DNA of 64,000 bases from Verrucomicrobiota bacterium (GCA_021733835.1 JAIPKD010000001.1:17516-81515), one strand, 5' to 3'. Shown: positions 25,701 to 31,818, numbered from the stretch's first letter. A program made the numbers and translations. Notes: a model not told the origin generated them from the letters alone.

Positions 25701-26583
25701 GATCGAGGTAACAGACGACGGTGAACCGGTGCTCAGTGATTCGGTAATGTTTGAGGTGGTTGTCAGCGAGGTAAACGAGGCGCCGGAGATTGAGCCTGTT
25801 GCTGATCAAGCCGTTGACGAACAGACGATGCTGACATTCACCGCCGCGGCTACGGATGTGGATGTGCCGGAGCAGACGTTGACCTACGGTTTTGGCGAAG
25901 GCGCGCCTACAGGTACTGTGATCGATCCGGACACCGGCGAATTCACATGGACACCGACAGAGGCGCAGGGGCCGTTGACTAACAGCATAACGATCGAGGT
26001 AACAGACGATGGTGAGTCGGTCCTCAGTGATTCGGTTACGTTTGAGGTGGTTGTCAGCGAGGTCAATGAAGCGCCGGAGATAACCCAGGAATCGAATAAG
26101 GAGATTCAGCCGGATGAAAAGTTACAGGTTGTTATTGTGGTGACTGATCAGGATATTCCAGTGCAGCAGATGGAATACATTCTCGAGGAAGCACCCGAGC
26201 GCGCAGAAATTGATCCTGAGTCAGGTGAATTTAGTTGGACACCGGATACCTCGCACATTCAAACCACGAATTTGGTTACAGTGACCGTGAATGATGACGG
26301 TGAACCAAGAAAGTACGATGTGATGAGCTTTCTGGTTATTGTCGGAGGAAGTTTACACGAAATAGAAATCACGAATATTCAAATATCAGATGAGGATAAA
26401 GTAATTATTAATTTCCGGGTGAATCCGGGATTTACATATCAGTTGCAGTGCCGTGAACGAATCGATGATTTGGGATGGACGGATATCGGTGAGCCAATAA
26501 CGGCAAGTGAAGAGTACGTGGAATTTATAGACGACACGCCGTTATCGGGCTCAAAATTCTATCGTGTGATGGAAATTGAATAG
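13720..26583 (+). CDS. Giant secreted multidomain protein (~4,290 aa): carbohydrate-binding / adhesin-type / enzyme-like mosaic
   Basis: The ORF 13618-26583 is uninterrupted. The first ATG followed by a signal-peptide-like sequence is at 13720 (MQSRLFILALVLGQLALAFKNHA). By-eye modules, in kb: Ig-like (13.79-14.07); PA14 split by a CBM-like insert (14.08-15.23); FN3 (15.27-15.54); CBM-like (15.55-16.06); jelly-roll/MAM-like (16.07-16.61); Ig-like modules (16.62-17.23); (beta/alpha)8 glycosidase-like region (17.29-18.37); PKD with WDFGDG (18.38-18.60 and 19.15-19.37); LamG/ConA-like (18.60-19.13); CBM-like (19.38-19.88); Asp-rich Ca-binding repeats (19.88-20.10); cadherin-like (20.11-20.40); right-handed beta-helix (20.50-21.56); cadherin-like domains with nested PA14 (21.6-23.55); tandem cadherin-like domains (23.55-26.36); a ~75-aa C-terminal domain. 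Confidence 0.9.
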   Translation: MQSRLFILALVLGQLALAFKNHALEVVDAQTRGNSNRVTVSFSSPIDPATATNTSHYSIDHGVVVQRVAMAGISSVYLYTTPIPEGAVYALTLQEIQDQEQPPNTILPGSGVLFLQTDGVIMRKEFRNIGGDTSLADLTNHVSFPEYPDLVDWPSSFETPTNVRDNYGVQFQGYVTAPITGNYVFYLASDDQGAIYLSTDSNPANKRIIASEPGWNPERSWITGSNQESRPLRPPLEFFTNALFIEAEDFDYEGGRFVTDVSIGMHGLYQGGAYEGLGSNADADYDWHEEAMDNLSPTYRADTAVETYCRPGTLGWRDRGAFEVTVNHGVGWNDAGDWMNYTRLFPSPGRDYFVLARLSSGGNDISGQLDEVTDGVGTTTQSTMKLGTFRAPWTRGWEHFTSVPLRDDTEGIARVNMEGTRTLRFTTLPGDLDIDYLMFVPAGDAELDLSALQPSNISDPIPLEAGKKYYIEALMKEGEGGDNLAVAWQKPGDPELQNDDPPISGNYLSPLPLPTAQRNPPAPPEIVEVEMTLSAQLRWSTSSSPEVTRYVVSRSADGGRWENLIWVEGTSYHDKSVIADHDYRYRVSAMNAVGEVGLPSTPTESTRVDMQVRQMENYNYGGGNYPGYSNCPPANEPPFDSDLDPGFDYFYQYVSWVMPANPYRPDSMWVVDKDPDPDQNQYVITHTSMGDWWRYSFDVPTDGWVKLAIRAGTPNVATINIYWDEEQVAKAVCHTGSYEELVEFPATESFFSSAGQHTLRLEMADAAADLDLIGYQFAASPATRRIVYQEGFKAYPSAERLQADGEWSVVNGSGRNEVAWAIRSTDSEPYPSSFTAMQGRYATADSGNYPWARIDESLISPTIDCRDFTGTELHFTHNLQVNSNSDAAQLFTVLLDTINETTGNWNENWISIYQHTGADGGVTDSELIDVSQWADGKRFRLRWRFHEAAWDHWWAIDNVQVTAEQAEALEPPTISSFQINEGVTSTTNREVVIDTVVAGHPSVIIMSEQPDFAGAQWQSYATALPFTMSSDAGPKRIYCKVRNGAGSSSVASAEITLAPPDSAVVACRTLLPPTPFPPGTMDIAIYVNHRGDPATALELEEQLPTGWVFDSIVDGPAPSSAPMAGKTGCLLFRWNNVPSAPFTFMYRIRFAGEAFGNGTVIGEARLGSEGEAQVVTIGGHTSPQEVRTHDTTFHRLLYHVEVLSDDLWDWIAEAGFTLVHSYGGDINSMLQMMDKAHKRGIKVIAGLHKWAEVRWLWLAVDQSAPDAPTRLECQVRQHYTEANPSLVLLADDGHPLNMLRIPLDSSDRDTIGELAAYLNGLGYGLSAEVEPRKENKSSVFLGTAQYPDATESPVALYGGELAKDYSEYVKSLKDHPALFCFLPFDEPSLHYRSPAFQTYVCERIREWAPNALVYVVDPETEPGTFEHDHKIAFRSFDGIIHDVYPKLPQHASVIRNGLLDWWAFHAWEEPKDWLFVGKAFAYDKESIPPKGSLIEQWTAAERAGVPLNGFGFYCWGGHEYNIGNLRPLQQESAEVNHWIVENYFDVRIEQDLQRVEADTATVNFRANAVGGKPGFVFHWDFGDGNEGWGTELSHTYDHAGVYRVRVDCMDQRGTSATKETHVFVLGTENPTVQEGFDDGVADGFVVNSGSWRVDGRYTQTEAPAGSGWSYLATGLADQYSVEADVAFEAAGGEGWIIWSGAAGGSDNRLSLHVPSDPDFTFKGTLRLELQSDTGISKAYLPFDRDHVYRVVIDVLWDAVLVSVDGRLILEQPIKELHGDGVIGFGVNGTRVAFDNFAVIPRSLLHARPQLAAPEPTDPPYSVAFSSEVIGGRDPLTISWDFGDGATSDQADPEHEYAEPGVWPVRLVVSDAGGRTSAGKLYVMTGAETYYREAEDYDWTDGSPPGYPVSAEFGVRYGEGQVGRKGVDFFDLDVGQGDQSGWRDSGAVSLETGQSDTGINIRLANESDWWNYTFQFPSAGLARVRAMWATANSPASACRVYWQSKAVDDLVIPGKGLGDYTMIESLPFLVDTSLGRLKFRPLNWGLNFARFEITFAPATDTDGDGVVDLVDQDDDSDGFFDRDEVGNGQSDPLDPASVPVDLDGDFLSDGSDPDMDGDGVLNEDDPHPLQPNRAPVFDPIDNQVVRANELLTFRLSATDVDLPPQTTSFHLLGESPLGANLTTNGVFSWTPTSTQAPSNYTFVAAVTDDGLPAMTSTRTFQVRVDEALEEGFEAVTIQTSSGPGTVVVPRKHYEFKALNRTLYLSTTGDDTNPGTIDQPWRTFAHAIDQLQAGDVLYVRGGDYVEPFEIPYSASGTRTMPIVISAFPGERVRIRQPEGWHDEESNTSSTVTISGQFIWFHGFEVEGDLRPSTLYNVYYRGGHCINVTGWYARGVRVINNLCYWGSEYGIRSGGRGGNLIEGNIVWECSAPWHGVGIDIEAPGLNPTIVRGNVILNSAGGFRISKLRDSKVHFYDNVVADVMVNGLSLSGDRNVIAHNVSARSEVSGLAIAGEARSNAILNNIYFDSRPQHLLADDYFGLYDGIALQNTLDYCLFDPGSYFASPPEWWAPWLGSNQIHADPLFVDAERYDFRLQPGSPARGAAAPVKLLGARSYPDIGLFPATYYRQPECASVPDLEISEGDELQYQLQLLEPFPPNANVKYEFADEPPSGADLNQETGAFSWRPNENQGPGDYHINVIVTAHESPLLTSLVSFNVKVLEVNQAPKLPDIVDRTISEGHALTIQLLGADGLVREVYGNLNGDSLADLTNAPIFPDHPSSSSIINSFEAPIDVNDYYGQRMSGFIVPPVTGGYVFWIASNDQGALFLSADESPSSISQIAMVNTWTSPMEWNKFPEQQSSPIMLQAGQYYYIEALMKEGNGGDNLAVRWQLPDSTIEEPIAGTRLKHGCITIDPDVPTQALTFELAPGAPEGASIDPVTGVFNWQTGESHGPSTNLITIKVTDNGSPPLSGTTSFTIIVAEEDNTPPELDPIGNRTGSEGSEFNFTASAIDRPGIDGLVREVYGNLNGDSLADLTNAPIFPDHPSSSSIINSFEAPIDVNDNYGQRISGFIVPPVTGDYVFWIASDDQGALFLSADDSPANISQIAMVNTWTSSREWIKYPEQQSSPITLQAGRYYYIEALMKEGGGGDNLAVRWQLPDSTIEEPIAGTRLKHSYNTIYPYVPTQALTFELAPGAPEGASIDPVTGVFNWQTGESHGPSTNLITIKVTDNGSPPLSSMASFTIIVAEDNTPPELDPIGNRTGSEGSEFNFTASAIDSDVPVQPLTYSLDSGSLTGTSIDLTSGVFSWIPSESQGPGNYPVTIRVSDGIASDSETITITVNEVNMAPVFSTVADRSITEGSLLSFTATATDVDEPAQTLTFGLGEGAPAGAAVDPDTGEFTWTPTEAQGPSTNSITIEVTDDGEAAFSDSVTFEVVVSEVNEAPEIDPVADQTVDEETMLTLTAAATDVDEPVQTLTFGLGEGTPAGAVVDPSTGEFTWTPTEAQGPSTNSITIEVTDDGEAALSDSVTFEVVVSEVNEAPEIDPVADQTVDEQTVLTFTATATDVDEPAQTLTFGLGEGTPAGAVVDPSTGEFTWTPTEAQGPSTNSITIEVTDDGEAALSDSVTFEVVVSEVNEAPEIDPVADHTFDEETMLTFTATATDVDEPAQTLTFGLGEGTPAGAVVDPSTGEFTWTPTEAQGPSTNSITIEVTDDGEAALSDSVTFEVVVSEVNEAPEIDPVADQTVDEQTMLTFTATATDVDEPAQTLTFGLGEGAPAGAAVDPETGEFTWTPTEAQGPSTNSITIEVTDDGEAAFSDSVTFDVVVNEVNEAPEVEPVSDQTVDEQTMLIFTATATDVDEPAQTLTFGLGEGAPAGAAVDPDTGEFTWTPTEAQGPSTNSITIEVADDGEAALSDSVTFEVVVSEVNEAPEIDPVANQTVDEQTMLTLTAVASDNDDPAQILTFSFADGAPEGAAIDPSTGEFTWTPTEAQGPSTNSITIEVTDDGEPVLSDSVMFEVVVSEVNEAPEIEPVADQAVDEQTMLTFTAAATDVDVPEQTLTYGFGEGAPTGTVIDPDTGEFTWTPTEAQGPLTNSITIEVTDDGESVLSDSVTFEVVVSEVNEAPEITQESNKEIQPDEKLQVVIVVTDQDIPVQQMEYILEEAPERAEIDPESGEFSWTPDTSHIQTTNLVTVTVNDDGEPRKYDVMSFLVIVGGSLHEIEITNIQISDEDKVIINFRVNPGFTYQLQCRERIDDLGWTDIGEPITASEEYVEFIDDTPLSGSKFYRVMEIE
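21958..23550 (+). repeat. Tandem duplication, 2 x ~798 bp, inside the giant ORF
   Basis: GATGGCTTAGTGCGGGAGGTCTATGGCAATCTGAATGGCGATTC starts at 21958 and again at 22756. The units stay in register to ...TTCCGCCATTGACAG (22731-22745 and 23527-23541), with one 3-bp indel (AEEDNTPPEL versus AEDNTPPEL). Each unit is one PA14 plus the flanking halves of a cadherin-like domain. Confidence 0.9.
23737..26064 (+). repeat. Tandem array, 8 x 291 bp (97-aa cadherin-like domains), inside the giant ORF
   Basis: Unit starts (AAT of N(M/E)AP...) fall at 23737, 24028, 24319, 24610, 24901, 25192, 25483 and 25774, an exact 291-bp period. A ninth, diverged unit lies at 26065-26355. Long identical runs are shared between units, for example AGTGATTCGGTTACATTCGAGGTGGTTGTCAGCGAGGTTAATGAGGCGCCTGAGATTGATCCAGTCGCTGATCA. 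Confidence 0.95.
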
Positions 26584-27104
26584 AAAAGAGTAGCCCCCTC
26601 ACACCGTGATGGAATTACTTAACGCGAAGTGGTAGTGGCAATAGAGAACTAATAGCTCTCCTCCTGGGAGGAGATACAGAGGTGGTTGAACCCCAAATAA
26701 AAACTCCCTCCCTAGGAGGGGATGAAAGGGGTGGGTAACCTGAGATTTAGGCTTTCCCACAAACACTGCGCGCATTCGATCAAACAATTCGGGAGAATGT
26801 CCGGGGCATCGAATCATCCACAGAGAAATTAATCAAAAATAATCCTGAATATGTTTGACTTGATCGGCATTATTTGAGAACAGACAATCAAATAAGCTGG
26901 TTATCACTATGAGAGGAATGACTTTTCCGTGAAGCATGGTGAATATAAATTTGATAATGAATTTGTTCGTCGCTTCTAAAGTAGATGCGAAGTGACGGGG
27001 GCGGAGCCTGTTTTGTGCCTTGGACAAGAATCACAACCACAGAGGGCACAGAAGACACGGAGACGCGGAAAGCGAGGAGAGCGCGGAGTTAAGAATTTTA
27101 TCCA

Positions 27105-27247
27105 CCTGCCTGCGCTAAAAGCTTCGGCATGGCAGGCGAATTCACACCTGCCTGCACCAGAGGCTTCCGCTTTCGTTCCTGCGGAACTACGGCGGATAAA
27201 TCGGCATGACATGCCTGCCTGCGCTAAATCGGCATGGCAGACGAATT
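27105..27247 (+). repeat. Two copies of a ~35-nt hairpin repeat plus a partial copy
   Basis: CCTGCCTGCGCTAAAAGCTTCGGCATGGCAGGCGAATT (27105-27142) and CCTGCCTGCGCTAAATCGGCATGGCAGACGAATT (27214-27247). CCTGCC pairs with GGCAG(G/A) within each copy. A partial CACCTGCCTGCACC lies at 27145-27158. Confidence 0.7.
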
Positions 27248-27314
27248 ATACCCCCAATCGATTTCCTGATCATGTTTTGCCTTTCAAGCCTCTCCTTTCA
27301 CATTATTTATATTC

Positions 27315-28508
27315 ATGAAGCCAAACTTTTGGATTCATACCATGAGGTTTTGCGTGGTAGCCTTGCTGGTTTTGATAACAGCCGGTTGTGGGCAACAGAG
27401 CCCGGTATGGGACGCTGCTTCAGGCGTGCCCGTGAGCCTATCGGGAAATACCGACATTCCCGAGGCGATCAAGACGGTTGAGGCCGCAGTTCCCCAGCGA
27501 ACCATGCAGGGCAGCGGTCTTGCCGGGGCCATGGGCGGAGTAAATCTAAAAGCGCAGAGGAACGGGAAGTACGACGTGCGGCTGCCGTTACCTCAACTCG
27601 TCGATGGCCAGACCCCGGTCTGTTACAGTTTGGATGCGAAGCCGAAAGCGGCCTTAACAGCGTGCCGATTGCAGGAACAGAGGGATGGTAACATGTTCGT
27701 CAATTTGACGCTCAACGTCAATAAAGGGCAGGAAGTCACAATCGAATGGACTTCCGTTGTCCTGATAGTCGGTAAGCCGCTTATGGAGAACCGAGCCGCA
27801 CCGGAGCCGTTTAGCGTCGCTACAGCCTGCGCTCAAGCGGACGACCCAAAAATCAAGGAGTTGGCGGAGGAGCTTTGGCCGTCCTCGGGTGATATCCGGG
27901 ATTACGCCTCTAACATCCAGCAGTTCATCCGCGACATGCGACCGCAGAAGCGGCCCACGAGCTTAGATGCGTTGGGTATCTTGGCAAGCGGGCAGAATAC
28001 GATTTGCACGGCAAATGCCAACCTTGCATGCGCACTTATGCGGGCGAAGCAGGTGGCGTGCAGATCCATTGCCACCTTGCCGACCATTTCCCGGCGTTTC
28101 GAGATGCACCGCATCGTGGAGTGCTTCGACAATGGCGTTTGGGTCCCGTTCGATCCGAGCGGGGTGTATTCGGATATCCCCCTCAATCCGTGGCAGAACA
28201 TCATCATGGTCAAGACCAGCGTCGCAGATGAACAGATCTCAATGAAGCCGCGTCTCGGCGCGATGCGCGGTTGTCCGTTTGGACAGGAAGCCGAATTTGC
28301 TCGTCCAGGCCTGAAGTTTTTCGGTCAAGCCTTCTTCTGGACAATTGCCGTCCCACTTGCGGAATTCAAGGTGACCGATGAGGTCGCCGCGATTACGGTA
28401 GGACATTGGAAACAGTACCTGAAGACCGGAACGCTGAACGCAGCACAGCTCAAGGCAGCCTCGGCACGTGACCTCGGTCAGTATACTGAAGCAATGAAAA
28501 CGAAGTAA
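27315..28508 (+). CDS. Transglutaminase-like (Cys-His-Asp) lipoprotein
   Basis: A lipobox is present (LLVLITAGCGQQ). The core is ICTANANLACALMRAKQVACRSIA ... MHRIVECFDNGVWVPFDPSG, which follows the transglutaminase-like cysteine peptidase pattern (C...R.......H.....W..FDP). Confidence 0.6.
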   Translation: MKPNFWIHTMRFCVVALLVLITAGCGQQSPVWDAASGVPVSLSGNTDIPEAIKTVEAAVPQRTMQGSGLAGAMGGVNLKAQRNGKYDVRLPLPQLVDGQTPVCYSLDAKPKAALTACRLQEQRDGNMFVNLTLNVNKGQEVTIEWTSVVLIVGKPLMENRAAPEPFSVATACAQADDPKIKELAEELWPSSGDIRDYASNIQQFIRDMRPQKRPTSLDALGILASGQNTICTANANLACALMRAKQVACRSIATLPTISRRFEMHRIVECFDNGVWVPFDPSGVYSDIPLNPWQNIIMVKTSVADEQISMKPRLGAMRGCPFGQEAEFARPGLKFFGQAFFWTIAVPLAEFKVTDEVAAITVGHWKQYLKTGTLNAAQLKAASARDLGQYTEAMKTK

Positions 28509-28699
28509 TGCGAACACAGAAGGGTGTGTTGCCGCGAAGCCGGTAGACACGCCCCTGGTTGAATAAGTCCGGTATAAATTAAGATGAGGCCAACGAAGCC
28601 GGAAGGCCTATGCGTTTTGTATTTGAAGCGTACAGATGGTTATAAGAATCAGGAGGCTGAAGACAAGAACAATAATGCACGGTAAGTGCTCACCCACTT

Positions 28700-28770
28700 G
28701 CACACAGCCGCGCTCCGCCGAGTTCGGAGCTGAAAGCCAAATGAAGCATCCTGAATCCCGTTAGGGATGA
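28700..28770 (+). repeat. Dispersed intergenic repeat, copy B
   Basis: GCACACAGCCGCGCTCCGCC (28700-28719, identical to 13593-13612), a hairpin GCTCCG/CGGAGC, ATCCTGAATCC (28748-28758) and ATCCCGTTAGGGATGA (28755-28770, identical to 541-556). Confidence 0.7.
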
Positions 28771-28863
28771 TATATTGCCGGATGTAAGCGGGCTGCGATC
28801 CGCGGTCGGCGTGCTGCCGGTCGGACGGCGAACTTCCGTGCGCGTCGTTAGTAGTTGATATCA

Positions 28864-28893
28864 ATAAAAAAACCGCCCGGTTTCCCGGGCGGT
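28864..28893 (-). terminator. Rho-independent terminator of ppdK
   Basis: Read on the minus strand: ACCGCCCGG-GAAA-CCGGGCGGT followed by TTTTTTTA, 30 nt after the ppdK stop. Confidence 0.75.
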
Positions 28894-28923
28894 TGGGGAG
28901 GTTAATAATGCGGTGTCCGCGGA

Positions 28924-31725
28924 TTACCGTTTATTAGACTTTGGCGTGGACTTCTTCTTCGCCGTTTTAGTCGACTTGGTCTTCGCTCCTGCGGCTGCAC
29001 GTTGCTCGGCGAGCGCGGATTGTGCTGCGGCCAGGCGCGCGGTGGGTACGCGGTACGGCGAACAGCTGACGTAGGAGAGTCCTACCTTATGGCAGAACTT
29101 AACGCTGTCCGGGTCGCCGCCGTGTTCGCCGCAGATACCGAGTTTAATATCCGGGCGTGTTGAGCGTCCAAGTTCCACGGCTGTTTGTATCAGCTTGCCG
29201 ACGCCCGATTGGTCGATTGACGCAAACGGGTTCTGCGGCAATATCTCGAGCTCCTGATAGTGCCTTAGGAATGAGCCTGAATCGTCGCGGCTCATGCCGA
29301 GTGTGGTTTGCGTGAGGTCGTTCGTTCCGAAGCTGAAGAACTGCGCGTCCCGGGCTATCTCATCTGCTACGAGCGTGGCCCGAGGAATCTCGATCATGGT
29401 GCCTACGAGGAAGTTGAACTTAACGCCTTCTTCCTTAGCCACTTCGGCGGCGACGCGGCGTACGATTTCGCTTTGGAGCTGAAACTCCGCCGGGAATCCG
29501 ACGAGCGGGATCATGATCTCGGGGCGCACTTTGGTACCTTCTTTTTGCACCTTCGCGGCCGCTTCGAAGATGGCGCGCGACTGCATCTCGCTGATCTCCG
29601 GATAGACGATACCGAGCCTGCATCCGCGGTGGCCGAGCATTGGATTGACCTCGTGCAGTTCGTTTACGCGGTTCTTGATCTTCTCGGCGGGGACACCGAT
29701 GACATTTGCGAGTTCCTTGATTTGCTTATCTTCCTGGGGCAGGAACTCGTGCAGGGGCGGATCGAGGAACCTGATGGTTGCCGGCAATCCGTTCAAGGCG
29801 CGGAAGATACCTGCGAAGTCATCTCTTTGATACGGCAGGAGTTTATTCAGCGCTTTCTTGCGGGTATCGATATCCTCGGAGAGGATCATCTCGCGCATGG
29901 CGTCAATGCGATCGCCTTCGAAGAACATGTGCTCGGTTCGGCAGAGGCCGATACCGACGGCGCCGAAGGCAACGGCTGTAGCGGCTTGCTTTGGCGAGTC
30001 GGCATTGGTGCGGACACCCATTTTAGTGGCCTTCTTACACCAGTCCATGAGCTTCTTGAAGTTCTGGTAGGTCGCGCTTTCGGAGGGTTCCATTGTCTTA
30101 TTGACGAGGACCTGGATAATCTCCGACGGCGCGGTTTCGATTTTGCCGGCGTAAACCTCGCCTACTGTGCCGTCGATCGACATGAAATCGCCCTCGGCGT
30201 AAACCTCGCCGTCGATTGTAACGGTGCGTTTTACGTAATCGATGCGAAGATCGCTTGCGCCGGAGACGCAGACCTTACCCATTTGCCTGGCCACGAGCGC
30301 CGCATGCGAGCTTACACCGCCACGGGCGGTGAGGATACCGACTGCGGCGATCATACCGCGGAGGTCTTCCGGTGATGTTTCGACACGGACGAGGAGGACT
30401 TTTTCGCCCTTCTCGGCCGCGGCCGCGGCGCGGTCGGCGTTCAGATAAATCTTGCCGGTAGCCGCACCGGGTCCGGCGGCGAGTCCTTTAGCGATGCATC
30501 TGGCGGACTTAATTGCCTTACGGTCGAACACCGGCGCCAGCAGCTGGTCGAGCTGGTTGGCTGGGACGCGCTGAATCGCTTCCTCCCAGGTAATGAGTTT
30601 TTCCTTTGCCATCTCGACTGCGAATCGTACGGCGGCCAGTGCGGTGCGTTTACCGTTACGGGTTTGGAGCATGAACAGCTCTTCGTTCTCGATGGTGAAC
30701 TCGAAGTCTTGGACGTCGCGGAAGTGTTTCTCCAATTTGTTCCTGACATCCTCGAGCTCGCGGTGTGCCTTCGGCATGACGTCTTTCAATTCGATGACGG
30801 GTCTTGGTGTGCGGACGCCGGCGACGACATCTTCGCCTTGGGCGTTTGTAAGGAATTCGCCGTAGAAGACCTTTTCGCCCGTGGCGGGGTCGCGAGTGAA
30901 CGCGACACCCGATCCGGAATTCTCGCCTGTATTGCCGAAGACCATTGCCTGGACATTGACCGCCGTGCCCCATTCGCTTGGGATATTGTATTTTCTGCGA
31001 TAGACGATGGCGCGGTCATTCATCCACGAGCCGAACACTGCGCCGATGGAGCCGGTCAGCTGATCCCACGGATCATCCGGGAACGGGTGCCCGGTGCGTT
31101 CCTTGATGAGCGCTTTGAACCTCTTGACCAGTTCTTTGAGGGCATTCGTGTCCAGGCGTGTATCTAAGACGTGATGCTCGCCCGGGAACATTTCGGACTT
31201 AAGCCCTTCCATGACTTCCTCGAACGGTTCGTGGTCTTCATCGGGGCGTTTTTGCACGCCCATGACGATATCGCCGTACATTTGGATGAACCGGCGGTAG
31301 CTATCCCATGCGAAGCGCTCGTTGCCGCTTGCCTTGATCAGGCCGTTGATCGTCGTTTCGTTGAGACCGAGGTTGAGGACTGTGTCCATCATGCCCGGCA
31401 TAGATTCGCGGGCGCCTGAACGGACGGAGACAAGGAGGGGTTTGTTTTTATCACCGAACTTCTTGCCGAGAATCTTCTCCATGTGAACTACGCCCTCTTT
31501 GACCTTGGGCCACAGCTCCTTGGGATACTTTCTCTTATTGGCGTAATAATGAGTGCAGACTTCGGTTGTGATAGTGAAGCCTGGTGGGACGGGGAGTCCG
31601 ATGCGCGTCATTTCCGCCAGGTTGGCTCCCTTGCCGCCGAGCAGCTCTTTCATTTTACCGTCGCCGTCGGCCTTTTTATTTCCGAATAAATATACGTATT
31701 TGGGTTTTTTAGTGTTCTTTGGCAT
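28924..31725 (-). CDS. ppdK: Pyruvate, phosphate dikinase
   Basis: The 933-aa product has an N-terminus of [30 protein letters not shown], a phosphohistidine region [17 protein letters not shown], and a PEP-utilising C-terminal domain ([10 protein letters not shown]). It also has an extra Lys-rich C-terminal tail. Confidence 0.95.
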   Translation of the reverse strand: MPKNTKKPKYVYLFGNKKADGDGKMKELLGGKGANLAEMTRIGLPVPPGFTITTEVCTHYYANKRKYPKELWPKVKEGVVHMEKILGKKFGDKNKPLLVSVRSGARESMPGMMDTVLNLGLNETTINGLIKASGNERFAWDSYRRFIQMYGDIVMGVQKRPDEDHEPFEEVMEGLKSEMFPGEHHVLDTRLDTNALKELVKRFKALIKERTGHPFPDDPWDQLTGSIGAVFGSWMNDRAIVYRRKYNIPSEWGTAVNVQAMVFGNTGENSGSGVAFTRDPATGEKVFYGEFLTNAQGEDVVAGVRTPRPVIELKDVMPKAHRELEDVRNKLEKHFRDVQDFEFTIENEELFMLQTRNGKRTALAAVRFAVEMAKEKLITWEEAIQRVPANQLDQLLAPVFDRKAIKSARCIAKGLAAGPGAATGKIYLNADRAAAAAEKGEKVLLVRVETSPEDLRGMIAAVGILTARGGVSSHAALVARQMGKVCVSGASDLRIDYVKRTVTIDGEVYAEGDFMSIDGTVGEVYAGKIETAPSEIIQVLVNKTMEPSESATYQNFKKLMDWCKKATKMGVRTNADSPKQAATAVAFGAVGIGLCRTEHMFFEGDRIDAMREMILSEDIDTRKKALNKLLPYQRDDFAGIFRALNGLPATIRFLDPPLHEFLPQEDKQIKELANVIGVPAEKIKNRVNELHEVNPMLGHRGCRLGIVYPEISEMQSRAIFEAAAKVQKEGTKVRPEIMIPLVGFPAEFQLQSEIVRRVAAEVAKEEGVKFNFLVGTMIEIPRATLVADEIARDAQFFSFGTNDLTQTTLGMSRDDSGSFLRHYQELEILPQNPFASIDQSGVGKLIQTAVELGRSTRPDIKLGICGEHGGDPDSVKFCHKVGLSYVSCSPYRVPTARLAAAQSALAEQRAAAGAKTKSTKTAKKKSTPKSNKR

Positions 31726-31790
31726 AAGAAAAAAAGTTTAGTCCACCATGTTTGTTTTCATTTGAAATCAGATTCGAAAACCTAAAAATG

Positions 31791-31818
31791 ATTCTAGCAA
31801 AGGCCGGGTTCCTGTCAA
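31791..31818 (-). promoter_or_regulatory. Near-consensus sigma-70 promoter upstream of ppdK
   Basis: The minus strand reads TTGACA (31818-31813) - 16 nt - TAGAAT (31796-31791), about 65 nt upstream of the ppdK ATG at 31725. Confidence 0.5.

Noticed and set aside
23638-25809. Long antisense ORFs lie inside the 291-bp repeat array (432 aa at 23638-24936, 183 aa at 24933-25484, 196 aa at 25219-25809, and several 60-aa ORFs).
   Set aside because: They are periodic shadows of the sense-strand repeats, with Arg/Cys/Leu-rich nonsense composition repeating with the same 97-codon period. The plus-strand reading gives coherent cadherin-like domains in one 12.9-kb frame.
23737-26355. I considered whether the regular 291-bp periodicity could be a CRISPR or other non-coding array.
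   Set aside because: There are no short direct repeats separated by unique spacers. The whole unit is repeated, it stays in frame, and it encodes a recognisable Ig-like domain.
26599-27027. Two small minus-strand ORFs (72 aa and 64 aa) lie in the spacer after the giant gene.
   Set aside because: The first is a read-through of the polypurine hairpin repeats. The second lies in an AT-rich stretch with no start context or motif. Both were treated as non-coding.
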